Part shown: positions 37,540 through 47,871 of the stretch, piece after piece
Layout: each line of letters starts with the position of its first letter
Position numbering within the stretch: the first letter of the stretch is position 1
Assembly: GCA_963665325.3 (NCBI GenBank)
Contig: OZ224045.1
Span: forward strand, 2,464,001-2,528,000
DNA from: Alphaproteobacteria bacterium
GTDB taxonomy: Bacteria > Pseudomonadota > Alphaproteobacteria > Bin95
Length of the DNA stretch: 64,000 bases
Direction of reading: 5' to 3'
Made by a program: the position numbers and the translations under genes
The notes under the pieces: generated by a model
Told to the model about the DNA's origin: nothing
The model's input: the letters and a program-made list of their open reading frames with translations, nothing else
Databases searched by the model: none

Positions 37540-38571
37540 ATGAGCGTAGTGATGGGAGAACGCAACAAGCAGCATCCCTGTCCGGTGCCGGAGGCGTTGC
37601 GAACGGCGGCGCAGGCTGCGGTGCGGGATATTCCCGGCGTGGAGGCGGCGGTGCTTTTCGGTTCCCGCGCGCGCGGCGACTGGCGGGAGGACAGCGACTG
37701 GGATCTTGCGCTCGTCACCGACGGCGAGCTGGGCCGGGAGGCGGAACGGGCCGCCTGCCGGCGTCTGCGTGTGGCTGGGCTGCATGTCGAAGCGCAGGCG
37801 CTGCCGGCCGAATGGTTGCGCCGGGAGGCGGGCGTATTCGGCCGGATCGCATATCCGATCGCGCGCGAAGGGCGCGTCATTGCCGGAGCCTGGGCGAGGC
37901 CGGGGGCCGAGGGGGAGCCCATCATGGAACCCGAAATCTACCGGACCTTTATCGGCAACGCGCTCCGTTTCCTGCGCGACGCTGTGGACGAGATGACCCG
38001 TGTTCCGTCCGGCCGCCCGGTGCTGGACCGCGCCGCCAGCAGAAAGGTTGTCGCCGCCGGCGCAGACGCCGCCGAACACCTTGTCAAGGCGATGCGGGGA
38101 CGGATTGCCGGCGAGGGAGGATGGGGCCACGACCTCGCCGATCTGGCCGGTCCCTTGCTCGATGCCGGCCGGCACGACCTTCATGCGGCGGTCCTGGCGT
38201 TGAACGGGGATAGCGGGGAGGGCCATCAGGCGGCCTACGGCGCGGCCGCCCGCCGTCCGCCGCAGCCAGAGGACGCCCGGCGCGCGGCCGACCGCCTTGC
38301 GGGAACGGCCCGGTTGCTGGCTGTGGAACTGGGCGAGGCGGCGGCGGAAGGCCCCTTCAAGCCGGAAGCGGCTGCTGCGGCAGGAGAGGCGTTGGGGCTG
38401 TTTACGGAAGCTGCTGCCTCGCTTCGGGCGGCGGAGGCGAGCGGCAATGCGCCCTCGGGAGATGTGCTGGTGGACGCCGTCGCGGCGGGGCGACCCGTTC
38501 TGCTGGCGCCATTGGAGCGGGCCGCTGAGGCGCTCAGGCTCGTCGTCGGCGAAGGGATGGAGAACGGATGA
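37540..38571 (+). CDS. Minimal nucleotidyltransferase domain fused to a HEPN-like helical domain
   Basis: [18 protein letters not shown] (GS..DxD); C-terminal part has AAEHLVKAM and GHDLADL, typical of HEPN. Confidence 0.7.
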   Translation: MSVVMGERNKQHPCPVPEALRTAAQAAVRDIPGVEAAVLFGSRARGDWREDSDWDLALVTDGELGREAERAACRRLRVAGLHVEAQALPAEWLRREAGVFGRIAYPIAREGRVIAGAWARPGAEGEPIMEPEIYRTFIGNALRFLRDAVDEMTRVPSGRPVLDRAASRKVVAAGADAAEHLVKAMRGRIAGEGGWGHDLADLAGPLLDAGRHDLHAAVLALNGDSGEGHQAAYGAAARRPPQPEDARRAADRLAGTARLLAVELGEAAAEGPFKPEAAAAAGEALGLFTEAAASLRAAEASGNAPSGDVLVDAVAAGRPVLLAPLERAAEALRLVVGEGMENG

Positions 38572-39182
38572 TGGGTCCTCACGATTCGAAAGGGCACCAC
38601 GACCATGAGCCGGATGCGCTCGAACTCCGGGTGCAGGCGCTGGAGTCGTTGCTGGTGGAGCGCGGCTATGTCGATCCGGCGGCGATGGACAGGCTGATCG
38701 AGACCTATGAGCACGAGGTCGGGCCGCATAACGGCGCGCAGGTGGTGGCCCGTGCCTGGACCGACCCTGAATACAGGGAACGCCTGCTGGCGGATGGCTC
38801 CGCTGCCATTGCGGAACTCGGCTTCACCGGCCGGCAGGGCGAGCACATGGTGGTCGTGGAGAACACGGCGCAGGTCCACAATCTTGTCGTCTGCACGCTC
38901 TGCTCCTGCTACCCGTGGCCGGTGCTGGGGTTGCCGCCGGTCTGGTACAAGGCGCCGCCTTACCGGGCCCGCGCCGTGATCGAGCCGCGCGCTGTGCTTG
39001 CCGAATTCGGCACGGAAGTGGCCGAGGATGTCGAGGTTCGAGTGTGGGATTCGACCGCCGAAATTCGTTACCTGGTGCTGCCCGAACGGCCGGCCGGCAC
39101 GGAGGGTTGGGAAGGCGAGGCGCTGGCCGGGCTGGTCACGCGCGACGCCATGATCGGCACGACCGGGGCGGCGGCCCCATGA
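38568..39182 (+). CDS. nthA: Nitrile hydratase alpha subunit, cobalt-type
   Basis: [10 protein letters not shown] (Thr/Tyr signature of the Co type), [23 protein letters not shown]. Confidence 0.96.
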   Translation: MMGPHDSKGHHDHEPDALELRVQALESLLVERGYVDPAAMDRLIETYEHEVGPHNGAQVVARAWTDPEYRERLLADGSAAIAELGFTGRQGEHMVVVENTAQVHNLVVCTLCSCYPWPVLGLPPVWYKAPPYRARAVIEPRAVLAEFGTEVAEDVEVRVWDSTAEIRYLVLPERPAGTEGWEGEALAGLVTRDAMIGTTGAAAP

Positions 39183-39805
39183 ACGGCGCGCACGACCTCG
39201 GCGGGATGCACGGCTTCGGCCCCGTCGGGCAGGAAGAAGACGAGCCTGTCTTCCACGGCGAGTGGGAACGCCGCGCTTTCGCCCTCATGCTCGCCATGGG
39301 CTTCACCGGGCAGTGGAACCTCGACAAGTCGCGCCATGCGCGCGAGGCCATGCCGCCCGGCGAATATCTCGCGACCTCCTATTACGAGCACTGGCTATTC
39401 GGTTTGGACGCGCTGCTGGCCGAGCGCGGCCTGCTGGACGGCGAGCCCGCAAAGCTGCGGCGGCTGGAAGCCGTGAATGTCACGAAGGCGCTCAAGACGG
39501 GTGGCCCCACCGAGCGCGAGACGAACGCCGTCCCGGCCTTCGCGCCGGGCGACAGCGTGCGGGCGCTGAACCTCCATCCCGTCGGTCATACACGCCTGCC
39601 GCGCTATTGCCGCGGCCGCACCGGCCGGATCGAGCAGCTTTGGGGCGCGCATGTCTTCCCGGACACCCACGCCGCTACCGGGGACCCGGACCCGCGCCAC
39701 CTCTACAGCGTGCGGTTCGCGGCGCGCGAACTCTGGGGTCCCTCCGCCTGTGCAACGGACACGGTCATGATCGACCTCTGGGAACCCTATCTGGAGCCGG
39801 CGTGA
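39179..39805 (+). CDS. nthB: Nitrile hydratase beta subunit
   Basis: [38 protein letters not shown]. Confidence 0.96.
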   Translation: MNGAHDLGGMHGFGPVGQEEDEPVFHGEWERRAFALMLAMGFTGQWNLDKSRHAREAMPPGEYLATSYYEHWLFGLDALLAERGLLDGEPAKLRRLEAVNVTKALKTGGPTERETNAVPAFAPGDSVRALNLHPVGHTRLPRYCRGRTGRIEQLWGAHVFPDTHAATGDPDPRHLYSVRFAARELWGPSACATDTVMIDLWEPYLEPA

Positions 39806-40095
39806 CTCCGGATGCGCCGTTCGAGGAGCCCTGGCAGGCGCGGGCCTTCGCCATGACGGTGCGCCTCCACGAGGCGGGCCGCTTCACTTGGCCCGTCTGG
39901 TCGGAGCATCTGGGCCGGGCGCTCCGCGCCGAGCCCGAACGGCCCTACTGGGAAAGCTGGCTCGCTGCGCTGGAGGAACTGGCCGCAGCAGGAGGTCTCG
40001 CCGGCGCAACCGAACTCGACGACCGGCAGGAGGCCTGGCGCCGGGCCCATGCAGAGACACCGCATGGGCAGCCGGTGCATCTCAAGGATCAGTAA
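39802..40095 (+). CDS. Nitrile hydratase accessory/activator protein (P14K-like)
   Basis: FEEPWQARAFA, FTW..W, YWESWL.ALE, TPHGQP. Confidence 0.88.
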   Translation: MTPDAPFEEPWQARAFAMTVRLHEAGRFTWPVWSEHLGRALRAEPERPYWESWLAALEELAAAGGLAGATELDDRQEAWRRAHAETPHGQPVHLKDQ

Positions 40096-40153
40096 GAGCG
40101 CGGGTTTGAGGCCGATCCTGTCGTTTCGATCGGGCCTTCCAACAAGGCATCTT

Positions 40154-40252
40154 TGTCACCCCGGACGCCGCGCGAGCGGCGAGCCGGGGTCCAGTCTGTC
40201 AAAGTTCGGGCATGAGGCTCGACTGGGCCCCGGATCGCAGTCCGGGGCGACA
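40154..40252. repeat. REP-type palindromic doublet, homologous to 31090-31191
   Basis: TGTCACCCCGGAC..CCGGGGTCCAGTC..GACTGGGCCCCGG..TCCGGGGCGACA between convergent genes. Confidence 0.8.
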
Positions 40253-40298
40253 GCGTTGGCAAACCTTCCGTCCCGGTCCAACTCGGTCCGATAGCGCA

Positions 40299-41489
40299 TC
40301 AGTAAGAGCGCGGCATGCCGAGCACATGCTCGGCGAGATAGGCGAGCACGAGGTTGGTCGAGATCGGCGCCGTGCGATAGAGCCGCGCCTCGCGGAACTT
40401 GCGCTCTATGTCGTATTCCTCGGCGAAGGCGAAGCCGCCATAGGTCTGCATGCACACGTCGCCCGCTTTCCAGGAGGCCTCGGCGCAGAGATGCTTGGCC
40501 ATGTTGGCTTCGGGTCCGCAGGGCTCGCCCGCCTCGAACAGGGCAGCCGCCTTGCGCATCACCAGCTCCGCCGCGACGGTCTGCGTATAGGCTTCCGCGA
40601 TCGGGAACTGGATGCCCTGGTTCTGCCCGATAGGCCGGCCAAACACGCTGCGGTCGTTGGCGTATTCGACGGCGCGGTCGATGAAGAACTTGGCGTCGCC
40701 CAGCGCATCGGAGGCGACCAGAATGCGCTCGGCGTTCATGCCGTCCAGAATGTAGCGGAAGCCCCGGCCTTCCTCGCCGATCAACGCATCGGCCGGAATG
40801 CGCATATTGTCGAAGAACAACTCGTTGGTCTGGTGGTTGATCATCGTGCGGATCGGTCGGATTTCGAGCCCGTTGCCCAGCACCTCGCGCATATCCACCA
40901 GGAAGACGGACAGTCCGTCCGTCCGCTTCGCCACCCGGTCCTTCGGCGTGGTGCGCGCCAGCAGCAGCATCAGGTCAGAATATTGCGCGCGGCTCGTCCA
41001 GATCTTCTGGCCGTTGACGACATAGCCGTTGCCCTCGCGCACGGCAGTCGTCCGGAGGCTCAGCGTATCCGTGCCGCTGCTGGGCTCGGTGACACCGAAC
41101 GCCTGGAGCCGCAATTCCCCGGTCGCGATCTTCGGCAGGTAGCGCTGTTTCTGCTCGTCGCTGCCGTGGCGCAGCAGGGTGCCCATGATGTACATCTGGG
41201 CGTGGCACGCCCCGGCATTGCAGCCGGAGGCGTTGACCTCCTCCAGCACCGCGCTGCCGGCCGAGATTGGCAGGCCCGAGCCTCCGTATTCCTCCGGGAT
41301 CAGCACCGCCAGGTAGCCGGCGTCGGTCAGCGCCTTGACGAAGGTTTCCGGATATTCGCGGTTGCGGTCGAGCTCGCGCCAGTACTCGCCCGGATAGTTG
41401 GCGCAGAGCCGCCGGACGGCCTCGCGGATTTCGGGCCAGGTCTCGCCGACCTCCATCATAATGGGGCTGGCATCGTTCATCGCATCCAT
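40299..41489 (-). CDS. Acyl-CoA dehydrogenase family protein
   Basis: IPEEYGG, FGVTEP, NGQKIWTS, FGRPIGQNQ, YGGFAFAEEY; start at 41489 or 41480. Confidence 0.92.
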   Translation of the reverse strand: MDAMNDASPIMMEVGETWPEIREAVRRLCANYPGEYWRELDRNREYPETFVKALTDAGYLAVLIPEEYGGSGLPISAGSAVLEEVNASGCNAGACHAQMYIMGTLLRHGSDEQKQRYLPKIATGELRLQAFGVTEPSSGTDTLSLRTTAVREGNGYVVNGQKIWTSRAQYSDLMLLLARTTPKDRVAKRTDGLSVFLVDMREVLGNGLEIRPIRTMINHQTNELFFDNMRIPADALIGEEGRGFRYILDGMNAERILVASDALGDAKFFIDRAVEYANDRSVFGRPIGQNQGIQFPIAEAYTQTVAAELVMRKAAALFEAGEPCGPEANMAKHLCAEASWKAGDVCMQTYGGFAFAEEYDIERKFREARLYRTAPISTNLVLAYLAEHVLGMPRSY

Positions 41490-41563
41490 GGGGGCCACTG
41501 CCGCCTCCGTTCCACCGCGCTCGCGCCGGAGTAAACCGGAAGCGCCCGCGCGAATCCAGCGCG

Positions 41564-42697
41564 CTACCGTCGCCCTCTTGCGTCCACCGGCCAGATCGCT
41601 TCCAGCATCTCGCCGCGCATGGCGTGATAGACGTCGTATAGATTGACCGTCGGGTCGCAATGCGGCGGATGCAACTCGACGATGTCCCCCACTTTGAGCC
41701 GAGCCGGATTGTCCTCCGCATAGTGGACGCGCCCGTGCTCGTCGCCGGCGAAGCTGAAGGTGGCGCCCTCCGGCGCGCCGCGCGCGAAGAGCGGCATTGG
41801 CCCGTCGGTAGCAAGCGCCTTCAGCCCGGCGTCAATAATGGCGAACTCGTCGCCTGCCGCGCTCACCACCGTCGCCATCACGAACATGGCGGGCTCGAAG
41901 GGGCCGGGGCCGTCCTCGGTCAGCGCCACCCTGCCGTAATCCACATCCATCACCGTGTAGCTGCCGGCCTGGAGCTCGCCCAGCACACCGTGGCGGTAGT
42001 CAAGGTCGTGCGTGCCGGTGCCGCCTCCGGTGACGAGCGGCGGTGCGAGGCCGGCGTCCGCCAGCACGGAGGAGACATGGGCGAGGCGCTCGGACACGGC
42101 CGCCACCGCCTCGGCGCGCTCGGCGTAGTCGTACACATGCTGGAGATGGCCGGCATAGCCCTGGATGCCGGCGAAGACGAGGCCCGGCGCTTCGTCGATC
42201 TGCCGGGCGAGCGCCACGGCGGCTTGGGCCGAGTGCACGCCCGTGCGCCTCGTGCCGACATCGATATCGACCAGAAGCGTGAGCGGCTTACCGGTCGCCG
42301 CCTCGGCCAGCGCCGCTACCGCGCTCGGATCGTCGGCAACCGCCATCAGTCCCTCGGCTGTCTCGTTGAGCGTGACCAGCCGGGCGGCGCGGCCGGGGCC
42401 GACCACGGGCGAGGTGACAAGCACGCCCGGAATGCCGGCGCCCGCCAGCACCTCGGCTTCGCCCAGCGTCGCGCAACACTGGCCGACCGCGCCCGCCGCA
42501 ATCTGCCGGCGCGCGACCTGCACGCTCTTGTGTGTCTTGGCGTGCGGGCGCAGCGCCTGCCCGGTCCGCCGGCAGTGGGCGGCCATGCGCTCGATATTGC
42601 GGTCGAGCGCGTCGAGGTCGAGCAGCAGGGCAGGGGTGTTAAGCCGTGCGCGTCCTCCCGCTTCGCCGATCAGATGCGCATTGGATCCCGGTTCCAT
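41564..42697 (-). CDS. DSD1-family PLP enzyme (D-threonine aldolase/D-serine dehydratase-like)
   Basis: TPALLLD, RPHAKTHK, YAGH, GGGTGT, ELQAGSY, DEHG, HCDPTVN. Confidence 0.9.
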   Translation of the reverse strand: MEPGSNAHLIGEAGGRARLNTPALLLDLDALDRNIERMAAHCRRTGQALRPHAKTHKSVQVARRQIAAGAVGQCCATLGEAEVLAGAGIPGVLVTSPVVGPGRAARLVTLNETAEGLMAVADDPSAVAALAEAATGKPLTLLVDIDVGTRRTGVHSAQAAVALARQIDEAPGLVFAGIQGYAGHLQHVYDYAERAEAVAAVSERLAHVSSVLADAGLAPPLVTGGGTGTHDLDYRHGVLGELQAGSYTVMDVDYGRVALTEDGPGPFEPAMFVMATVVSAAGDEFAIIDAGLKALATDGPMPLFARGAPEGATFSFAGDEHGRVHYAEDNPARLKVGDIVELHPPHCDPTVNLYDVYHAMRGEMLEAIWPVDARGRR

Positions 42698-42834
42698 GGT
42701 CGTTCGTTCCTTCCGCAGCGGTGCCAGACGGTTTTACACCGGGCGGGCGGAAAGCGCAGCGTCCGGCGCAGCCCCTTCCGCCGGTTGCCGCGCCGTGGCA
42801 GCATTGGTCGACGCAGAAGAGGAGACGAGTGCCC

Positions 42835-43317
42835 ATGTCCCCGCGCGCCCCGGCGCCGCAGCGCGGCTTCGAGGATTTCCGGGTCGGAGAGACCTTCCAT
42901 GCGCCCTCGCGCACCCATTCCGAGTCGCTGTTCTACGCCTTCCAGCTTGCCAGCGGCGACAATGCGCCGGTGCATTACGACATCGAGCATTGCCGCAGCC
43001 GAGGCTGGCCGGGCCTGATGGCGCACGGCTTCCAGACGCTCATCCAGACCGCGCCCGGCGCGACGGGCCTCGCAGCGGAAATGGAGGATGCGCTGGTCGG
43101 TTTCCTGGAGCAGTCGAGCCGCTTCCTGAAGCCCGTCTTCTCCGGCGACACGCTCTATCCCGAGCTTGAGATCGTGTCGCTGGAGCCGCAGCGCACCACG
43201 GGCGTGATGACGCTCGCGAGCCGGGTGTGGAACCAGCGCGAAGAGCTGGTGCTGGAAGGCGAGATGCGCTTCCTGCTGCGCCTGAAGGAGCCGCAGATGG
43301 CGGACGCCGCGGACTGA
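42835..43317 (+). CDS. MaoC-family dehydratase
   Basis: FEDFRVGE, SGDNAPVHYD, AHG, FLKPVFSGDTL. Confidence 0.88.
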   Translation: MSPRAPAPQRGFEDFRVGETFHAPSRTHSESLFYAFQLASGDNAPVHYDIEHCRSRGWPGLMAHGFQTLIQTAPGATGLAAEMEDALVGFLEQSSRFLKPVFSGDTLYPELEIVSLEPQRTTGVMTLASRVWNQREELVLEGEMRFLLRLKEPQMADAAD

Positions 43318-43335
43318 CGCAAGGAGACGGGTTTC

Positions 43336-44184
43336 ATGACACTGGAGATACGCCCGCTGAGCGACACGCTCGGCGCGGAAGTCCGAGGCCTCGACCTGAC
43401 GCAACCGCTCGGCGAGGCCGATGCGGCGGCGGTGCGCGAGGCGTTTCTCGACCGGCACCTGCTCTGCTTCCGCTCCGAGCCGCTTTCCCCGGCGGACTTC
43501 CTGCGTATCGCGCGTCTGTTCGGCGAGCCGCAATTGCAGCTTCTTCGCCATCGCCGCCACGGGGAGGTGCCCGAGGTTTCGATGCTGGAGAGCACCTACA
43601 AGCGCCCCGAGGACAAGCCGGACGACCTCACCCTGGTGCGCCTGTCCGGCTGGCACACGGACGACAGCTATTTCGCGGCGCCCGCCAAGGCGACCATGCT
43701 CCAGTCCCTCGCGCTGCCGTCTTCCGGCGGCGAGACGCGCTTCTGCAATACCCGCCGGGCGTACGAGACGCTGGACGACGGCCTGAAGGCGCGAATCGAG
43801 GGCGCCCGGGCGGTCCATGGCTACGACACGCCGCGCGCGCCCGGCCGGGCGGAGACACGCACGGCCGAGGAGGCCGCCGAGACGCCGGACGTGCTCCACC
43901 CCCTGGCGCGCACCCATGAGGATACGGGCAGGAAGGCGATCTATTTCAACCCGAACCGCACGGACCGCGTGGTCGGGCTGGAGCGCGCGGAAAGCGACGC
44001 GCTGCTCGACGGCCTTTACGCGCACATGACGGCCGACCGCTTCCGCTACGACCATAGCTGGCGGCTCGGCGACATCCTGCTCTGGGATAATCGCTGCCTC
44101 CTGCATTCGGTGAACACGGATTTCCCGGTCGGCGAGGAACGCCGCCACCAGCGTGTGCTGCTTAAGGGGACGAAGCCGGTATGA
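43336..44184 (+). CDS. TauD/TfdA-family dioxygenase
   Basis: LGAEVRGLDL, WHTD, GGETRF, HPL, WDNRCLLH. Confidence 0.92.
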   Translation: MTLEIRPLSDTLGAEVRGLDLTQPLGEADAAAVREAFLDRHLLCFRSEPLSPADFLRIARLFGEPQLQLLRHRRHGEVPEVSMLESTYKRPEDKPDDLTLVRLSGWHTDDSYFAAPAKATMLQSLALPSSGGETRFCNTRRAYETLDDGLKARIEGARAVHGYDTPRAPGRAETRTAEEAAETPDVLHPLARTHEDTGRKAIYFNPNRTDRVVGLERAESDALLDGLYAHMTADRFRYDHSWRLGDILLWDNRCLLHSVNTDFPVGEERRHQRVLLKGTKPV

Positions 44185-45047
44185 GCGTGCGGATCGAAAA
44201 GCTGTCGCCGGCGGTCGGCGCGGAAGTGACCGGCATCGATCCGCGCGAGCCGCTCGACGCCGGGACGGTCGCGAAACTCGAGGCTGCGTTCGAGGAACAT
44301 GGCGTGCTGCTGTTCCGCGAGGCGCCGATGACACCGCCGCAGCTGACGGCATTTTCCCGGAATTTCGGGAATTTGCAGCCGCATGTGCAGCGCGCCTACC
44401 ACCATCCCGAGGCGCCGGAAGTGGTGGTGATGACCAACCAGCATGCGGATGGCAGCTTCGACGAAACCGGCGCCCGGCGCGGCGCCATCGAGGATGTCCG
44501 TCAGGGTTGGCATTCGGACCTCTGCTACGACCGGGAGCCCGCCAAGGCGACGCTGCTGCACGCAACGAACGTGCCGTCCTCGGGCGGCAATACCTGCTTC
44601 ACCAGCGCGTACGCCGCCTATGACGCGCTGCCGGAGCAGACGCGCCGGCGCGTCCGGGGCCTCGAAGCCCTGTTCGTCTATGGCACGGATCATCGGAGCA
44701 AGAGCCTCGTCGTGGCGGCGCGGACGCTCGACAAGGAGCAGCGCGCGGTGCACCCCGTCGTGAATGCGCATGCGGCGAGCGGCCGGGCGGCGATCTATGC
44801 CAACCCGCTGTTGACCGCCGGCGTCATCGGCATGGAGCAGGAAGAGAGCGACCGCCTGCTGGACCAGCTGTTCGACATGCTCGACCGGCCGGAATTTCGC
44901 TGGGAGCACGAGTGGTCCGTCGGCGATACGCTGATGTGGGACAATCGTGGCGGCGTCATGCATAGCGGGCGGCTCGACTATCCCTTGGGCGAGTTGCGCC
45001 GCTTCCTCCGCACCACCGTCACCGGCGGCCCGATCCTGCCGGCCTGA
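44181..45047 (+). CDS. TauD/TfdA-family dioxygenase
   Basis: VGAEVTGID, WHSD, GGNTCF, HPVV, WDNRGGVMH. Confidence 0.92.
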   Translation: MSVRIEKLSPAVGAEVTGIDPREPLDAGTVAKLEAAFEEHGVLLFREAPMTPPQLTAFSRNFGNLQPHVQRAYHHPEAPEVVVMTNQHADGSFDETGARRGAIEDVRQGWHSDLCYDREPAKATLLHATNVPSSGGNTCFTSAYAAYDALPEQTRRRVRGLEALFVYGTDHRSKSLVVAARTLDKEQRAVHPVVNAHAASGRAAIYANPLLTAGVIGMEQEESDRLLDQLFDMLDRPEFRWEHEWSVGDTLMWDNRGGVMHSGRLDYPLGELRRFLRTTVTGGPILPA

Positions 45048-45072
45048 GGCGTTTCGAAAGGGGATGCGGACG

Positions 45073-46635
45073 ATGACCTTCCGCGCCGAGAACTGGAGGC
45101 TCAGCAAGCCGGCCGTGCGCTCGCGGCACGGCCTTGTGGCTGCGCAGGAGAGCGAAGCGGCCGAACAGGGTGCGGCCGTGCTCAAGGCGGGCGGCAATGC
45201 TGTCGATGCCGCCATCGTCACCGCGCTCTGCCTCGCGACTACCGAGCCCTGGATGAGCGGCATCGGTGGCGGCGGCGTCATGCTGATCCATCTGGCCGAC
45301 GAGCGGCGCACCGTCGGCATCGACTATTCCATGACAGCGCCCGGGTCCCTCGACCCTGCCCGTTATCCGCTGAGCGGCGAGGAGGGGCCGGAGGACGCGC
45401 TGTTCGTCTGGCCGCGTGTCATCGACGACCGCAACATGATCGGACCCGAAGCCGTGGCGGTGCCGGGCGCCGTCGCGGGCTTCGCCATGGCGCTCGAACG
45501 CTACGGCACGCTTGCATGGGCAGACGCGCTTGCGCCCGCCATCGAGACGGCCGAACGCGGCCTGGCCGCCTCCTGGTACACGACGCTGCAGATCGCCTTC
45601 GGCATGAGCGCCGGCCTCGGGCGCTACCCGGAGGCGCGGGACACCTACCTGCCGAACGGCGCGCCGCTGGTTTCGCAGACGCCGCATGCGCCGCAGCGCC
45701 GCCCGCTCGGGCGGCTGCCGGAGACCCTGCGCCGCCTGGCGCAAGCGGGCCCGCGCGACTTCTACGAGGGCGAAACCGCCCGGCGCATCGTTGCCGACAT
45801 GGCCGCGTCGGGCGGCCCGCTTTCGATCGATGACCTCGCTGCCTACGAAGCCTTCGAGGTGGAGCCGCTCGCTGTGCCGCACCATGACGGCGTGGTGCGG
45901 CTGATGCCGGGGCTCAACGCCGGCCCGACCATGGCGCGGGCGCTCGGCAATCTCGATGCCGGCCTCGACCGCGCCGCCGGCCTCGACGCCGCCGCCTATA
46001 TCGCCTGGGCGGAGGCGCTGACGGAAGCCTATGAATACCGCCTCGCCAATATGGGTCATGACGGCGACGCGAGCGGGCGCGGCTGCACCACCCATCTCTC
46101 GGTCGTCGATGCGGCGGGCAATATGGTGACGCTGACCAACACGCTGCTGGAGCGGTTCGGGTCGCGTTTCATGCTCCCCGGAACCGGCATCCTGATGAAC
46201 AACGGCGTCTTTTGGTTCGATCCGCGCCCCGGCCGTCCCAATTCGCTCAAGGGCGGGGTGAAGCCGCTCAACAACATGGCGCCCGCGGTGGTGACGGGGC
46301 CGGACGGGACCGGCCGCTTCGCGCTCGGCGCATCGGGTGGACGTCGGATCGCGCCGGCCGTCTTCCAGCTGATCTCCATGCTGCTCGATTTCGGCCTCGA
46401 TCTCGACGATGCGGTCCATCGCCCGCGCATCGATGCGAGCGGCGAGGGCAAGGTGACGATGGATCGCGAATTGCCGCCCGAGATCCGGGCCGCGCTGGCG
46501 GGCCGGTTCCAGACCGAAGTGACCGAGAGCGCCGTCGGCCAGAAGCTGTTCGCCAATCCGCAGATCGTCATGCGCGGCAATGCAGCAGCTGCCCATGTGC
46601 AGTCGCCCACGGCGGCGGTGGCGCTCGGCGGCTGA
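45073..46635 (+). CDS. Gamma-glutamyltransferase family (Ntn hydrolase)
   Basis: GGNAVDAAI, SGIGGGG, VAVPG, FYEG, TTHLSVVD (catalytic Thr), GASGG. Confidence 0.9.
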   Translation: MTFRAENWRLSKPAVRSRHGLVAAQESEAAEQGAAVLKAGGNAVDAAIVTALCLATTEPWMSGIGGGGVMLIHLADERRTVGIDYSMTAPGSLDPARYPLSGEEGPEDALFVWPRVIDDRNMIGPEAVAVPGAVAGFAMALERYGTLAWADALAPAIETAERGLAASWYTTLQIAFGMSAGLGRYPEARDTYLPNGAPLVSQTPHAPQRRPLGRLPETLRRLAQAGPRDFYEGETARRIVADMAASGGPLSIDDLAAYEAFEVEPLAVPHHDGVVRLMPGLNAGPTMARALGNLDAGLDRAAGLDAAAYIAWAEALTEAYEYRLANMGHDGDASGRGCTTHLSVVDAAGNMVTLTNTLLERFGSRFMLPGTGILMNNGVFWFDPRPGRPNSLKGGVKPLNNMAPAVVTGPDGTGRFALGASGGRRIAPAVFQLISMLLDFGLDLDDAVHRPRIDASGEGKVTMDRELPPEIRAALAGRFQTEVTESAVGQKLFANPQIVMRGNAAAAHVQSPTAAVALGG

Positions 46636-47219
46636 TGCTGGAGGCGCGCGGCCTCGCCTGCGAGCGCGGCGGGCGCGTGCTGTTCCAGGGTCTGGACCTC
46701 GCGCTTGCCCCCGGCGAGGCCGCGCTCGTCACCGGCCCTAACGGCGCCGGCAAGTCGAGTCTGCTGCGCGTGCTGGCGGGATTGCTGCCGGCCTCGGGCG
46801 GAACCGTGGCCTGGACCGGCCGGGGTGAGGCGGACTTTCACTATGTCGGCCACGGCGACGCCGTGAAGCCGGCGCTCACTGTTACGCAAAACCTCGCCTT
46901 CTGGGTGCGGCTTGCCGGCCGGGGCACTGTTGAACCGGGGTTGGAGGCCGTCGGCCTGGCCGCGCTCGCCGATCTTCCGGCGCGGCTGCTCTCGGCCGGT
47001 CAGCGAAGGCGACTCGGCCTTGCGCGCCTCTTCGCCACGCCGGCCCCGCTCTGGCTGCTGGACGAGCCGACCGCCGGCCTCGACGACGCTGCAACGGATG
47101 CCGTCGAGCACGGCCTGGAGGCGCATATTGCCGGCGGCGGGGCGGCCGTCATCGCCACCCATGTCCCGCTCGGAATGGAAGCCGTCCACCGCATCGACCT
47201 GGGCGCGCCCGGCCCGTGA
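46635..47219 (+). CDS. ccmA: Heme ABC exporter ATPase CcmA
   Basis: LACERGGR, GPNGAGKS, LSAGQRRR, LWLLDEP, IATH. Confidence 0.93.
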   Translation: MLEARGLACERGGRVLFQGLDLALAPGEAALVTGPNGAGKSSLLRVLAGLLPASGGTVAWTGRGEADFHYVGHGDAVKPALTVTQNLAFWVRLAGRGTVEPGLEAVGLAALADLPARLLSAGQRRRLGLARLFATPAPLWLLDEPTAGLDDAATDAVEHGLEAHIAGGGAAVIATHVPLGMEAVHRIDLGAPGP

Positions 47220-47866
47220 GGGTCTTTCTCGCCCTGATCGGCCGCGACCTCGCGCTCGCCGGCAGGCAGGGCGGGGAAAGCGGGCTGGCGCTCCTGTTCT
47301 TCGTGCTCGGCGCCGTGCTGTTCCCGCTCGGGCTCGGACCCGATCCCGGCACTCTCGCCGGCGTCGGCTCCGGCCTGCTCTGGGTGATCGCGCTGCTGGC
47401 GGCGCTGCTGTCGCTGGAGCGCCTGTTCCGCAACGACTGGGAGGACGGCACGCTGGACCTTCTGGCCGCGCGCCCGGAACCGCTGGTGACCGTCGTGCTC
47501 GCCAAATGTGCGTCACACTGGCTCGCAACCGGCCTGCCGATGACGGTCGTCTCCGCCCTGCTCGGCTCCATGCTGGCCGTGCCGGGCGATCGCCTCGGTC
47601 TGCTGGCGCTCTCCTTCCTGGTCGGCACGCCCGCGCTCACGCTGATCGGAGCGGCGGCAGCGGCGCTGACCCTCGGCGCGCGGCTGGGCGGGGTCTTGAC
47701 GGCCATTCTTGTGCTGCCGCTCTATATCCCGGTCCTGATCTTCGGGGCCGCCGCCGCCGAAGGCCGGGAGGGCGCGCTTGCCCTGCTTGCCGCGATTGCG
47801 GTCGCCGCGCTGGCGCTGGCGCCGGCAGCCGCATCGGCGGCGCTCCGTCACGCCGTGGAGCAGTAG
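47216..47866 (+). CDS. ccmB: Heme exporter permease CcmB
   Basis: LFPLGLGP, DWEDGTLD, K..HW, LPLYIPVLIFG. Confidence 0.93.
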   Translation: MRVFLALIGRDLALAGRQGGESGLALLFFVLGAVLFPLGLGPDPGTLAGVGSGLLWVIALLAALLSLERLFRNDWEDGTLDLLAARPEPLVTVVLAKCASHWLATGLPMTVVSALLGSMLAVPGDRLGLLALSFLVGTPALTLIGAAAAALTLGARLGGVLTAILVLPLYIPVLIFGAAAAEGREGALALLAAIAVAALALAPAAASAALRHAVEQ

Positions 47867-47871
47867 AACCC

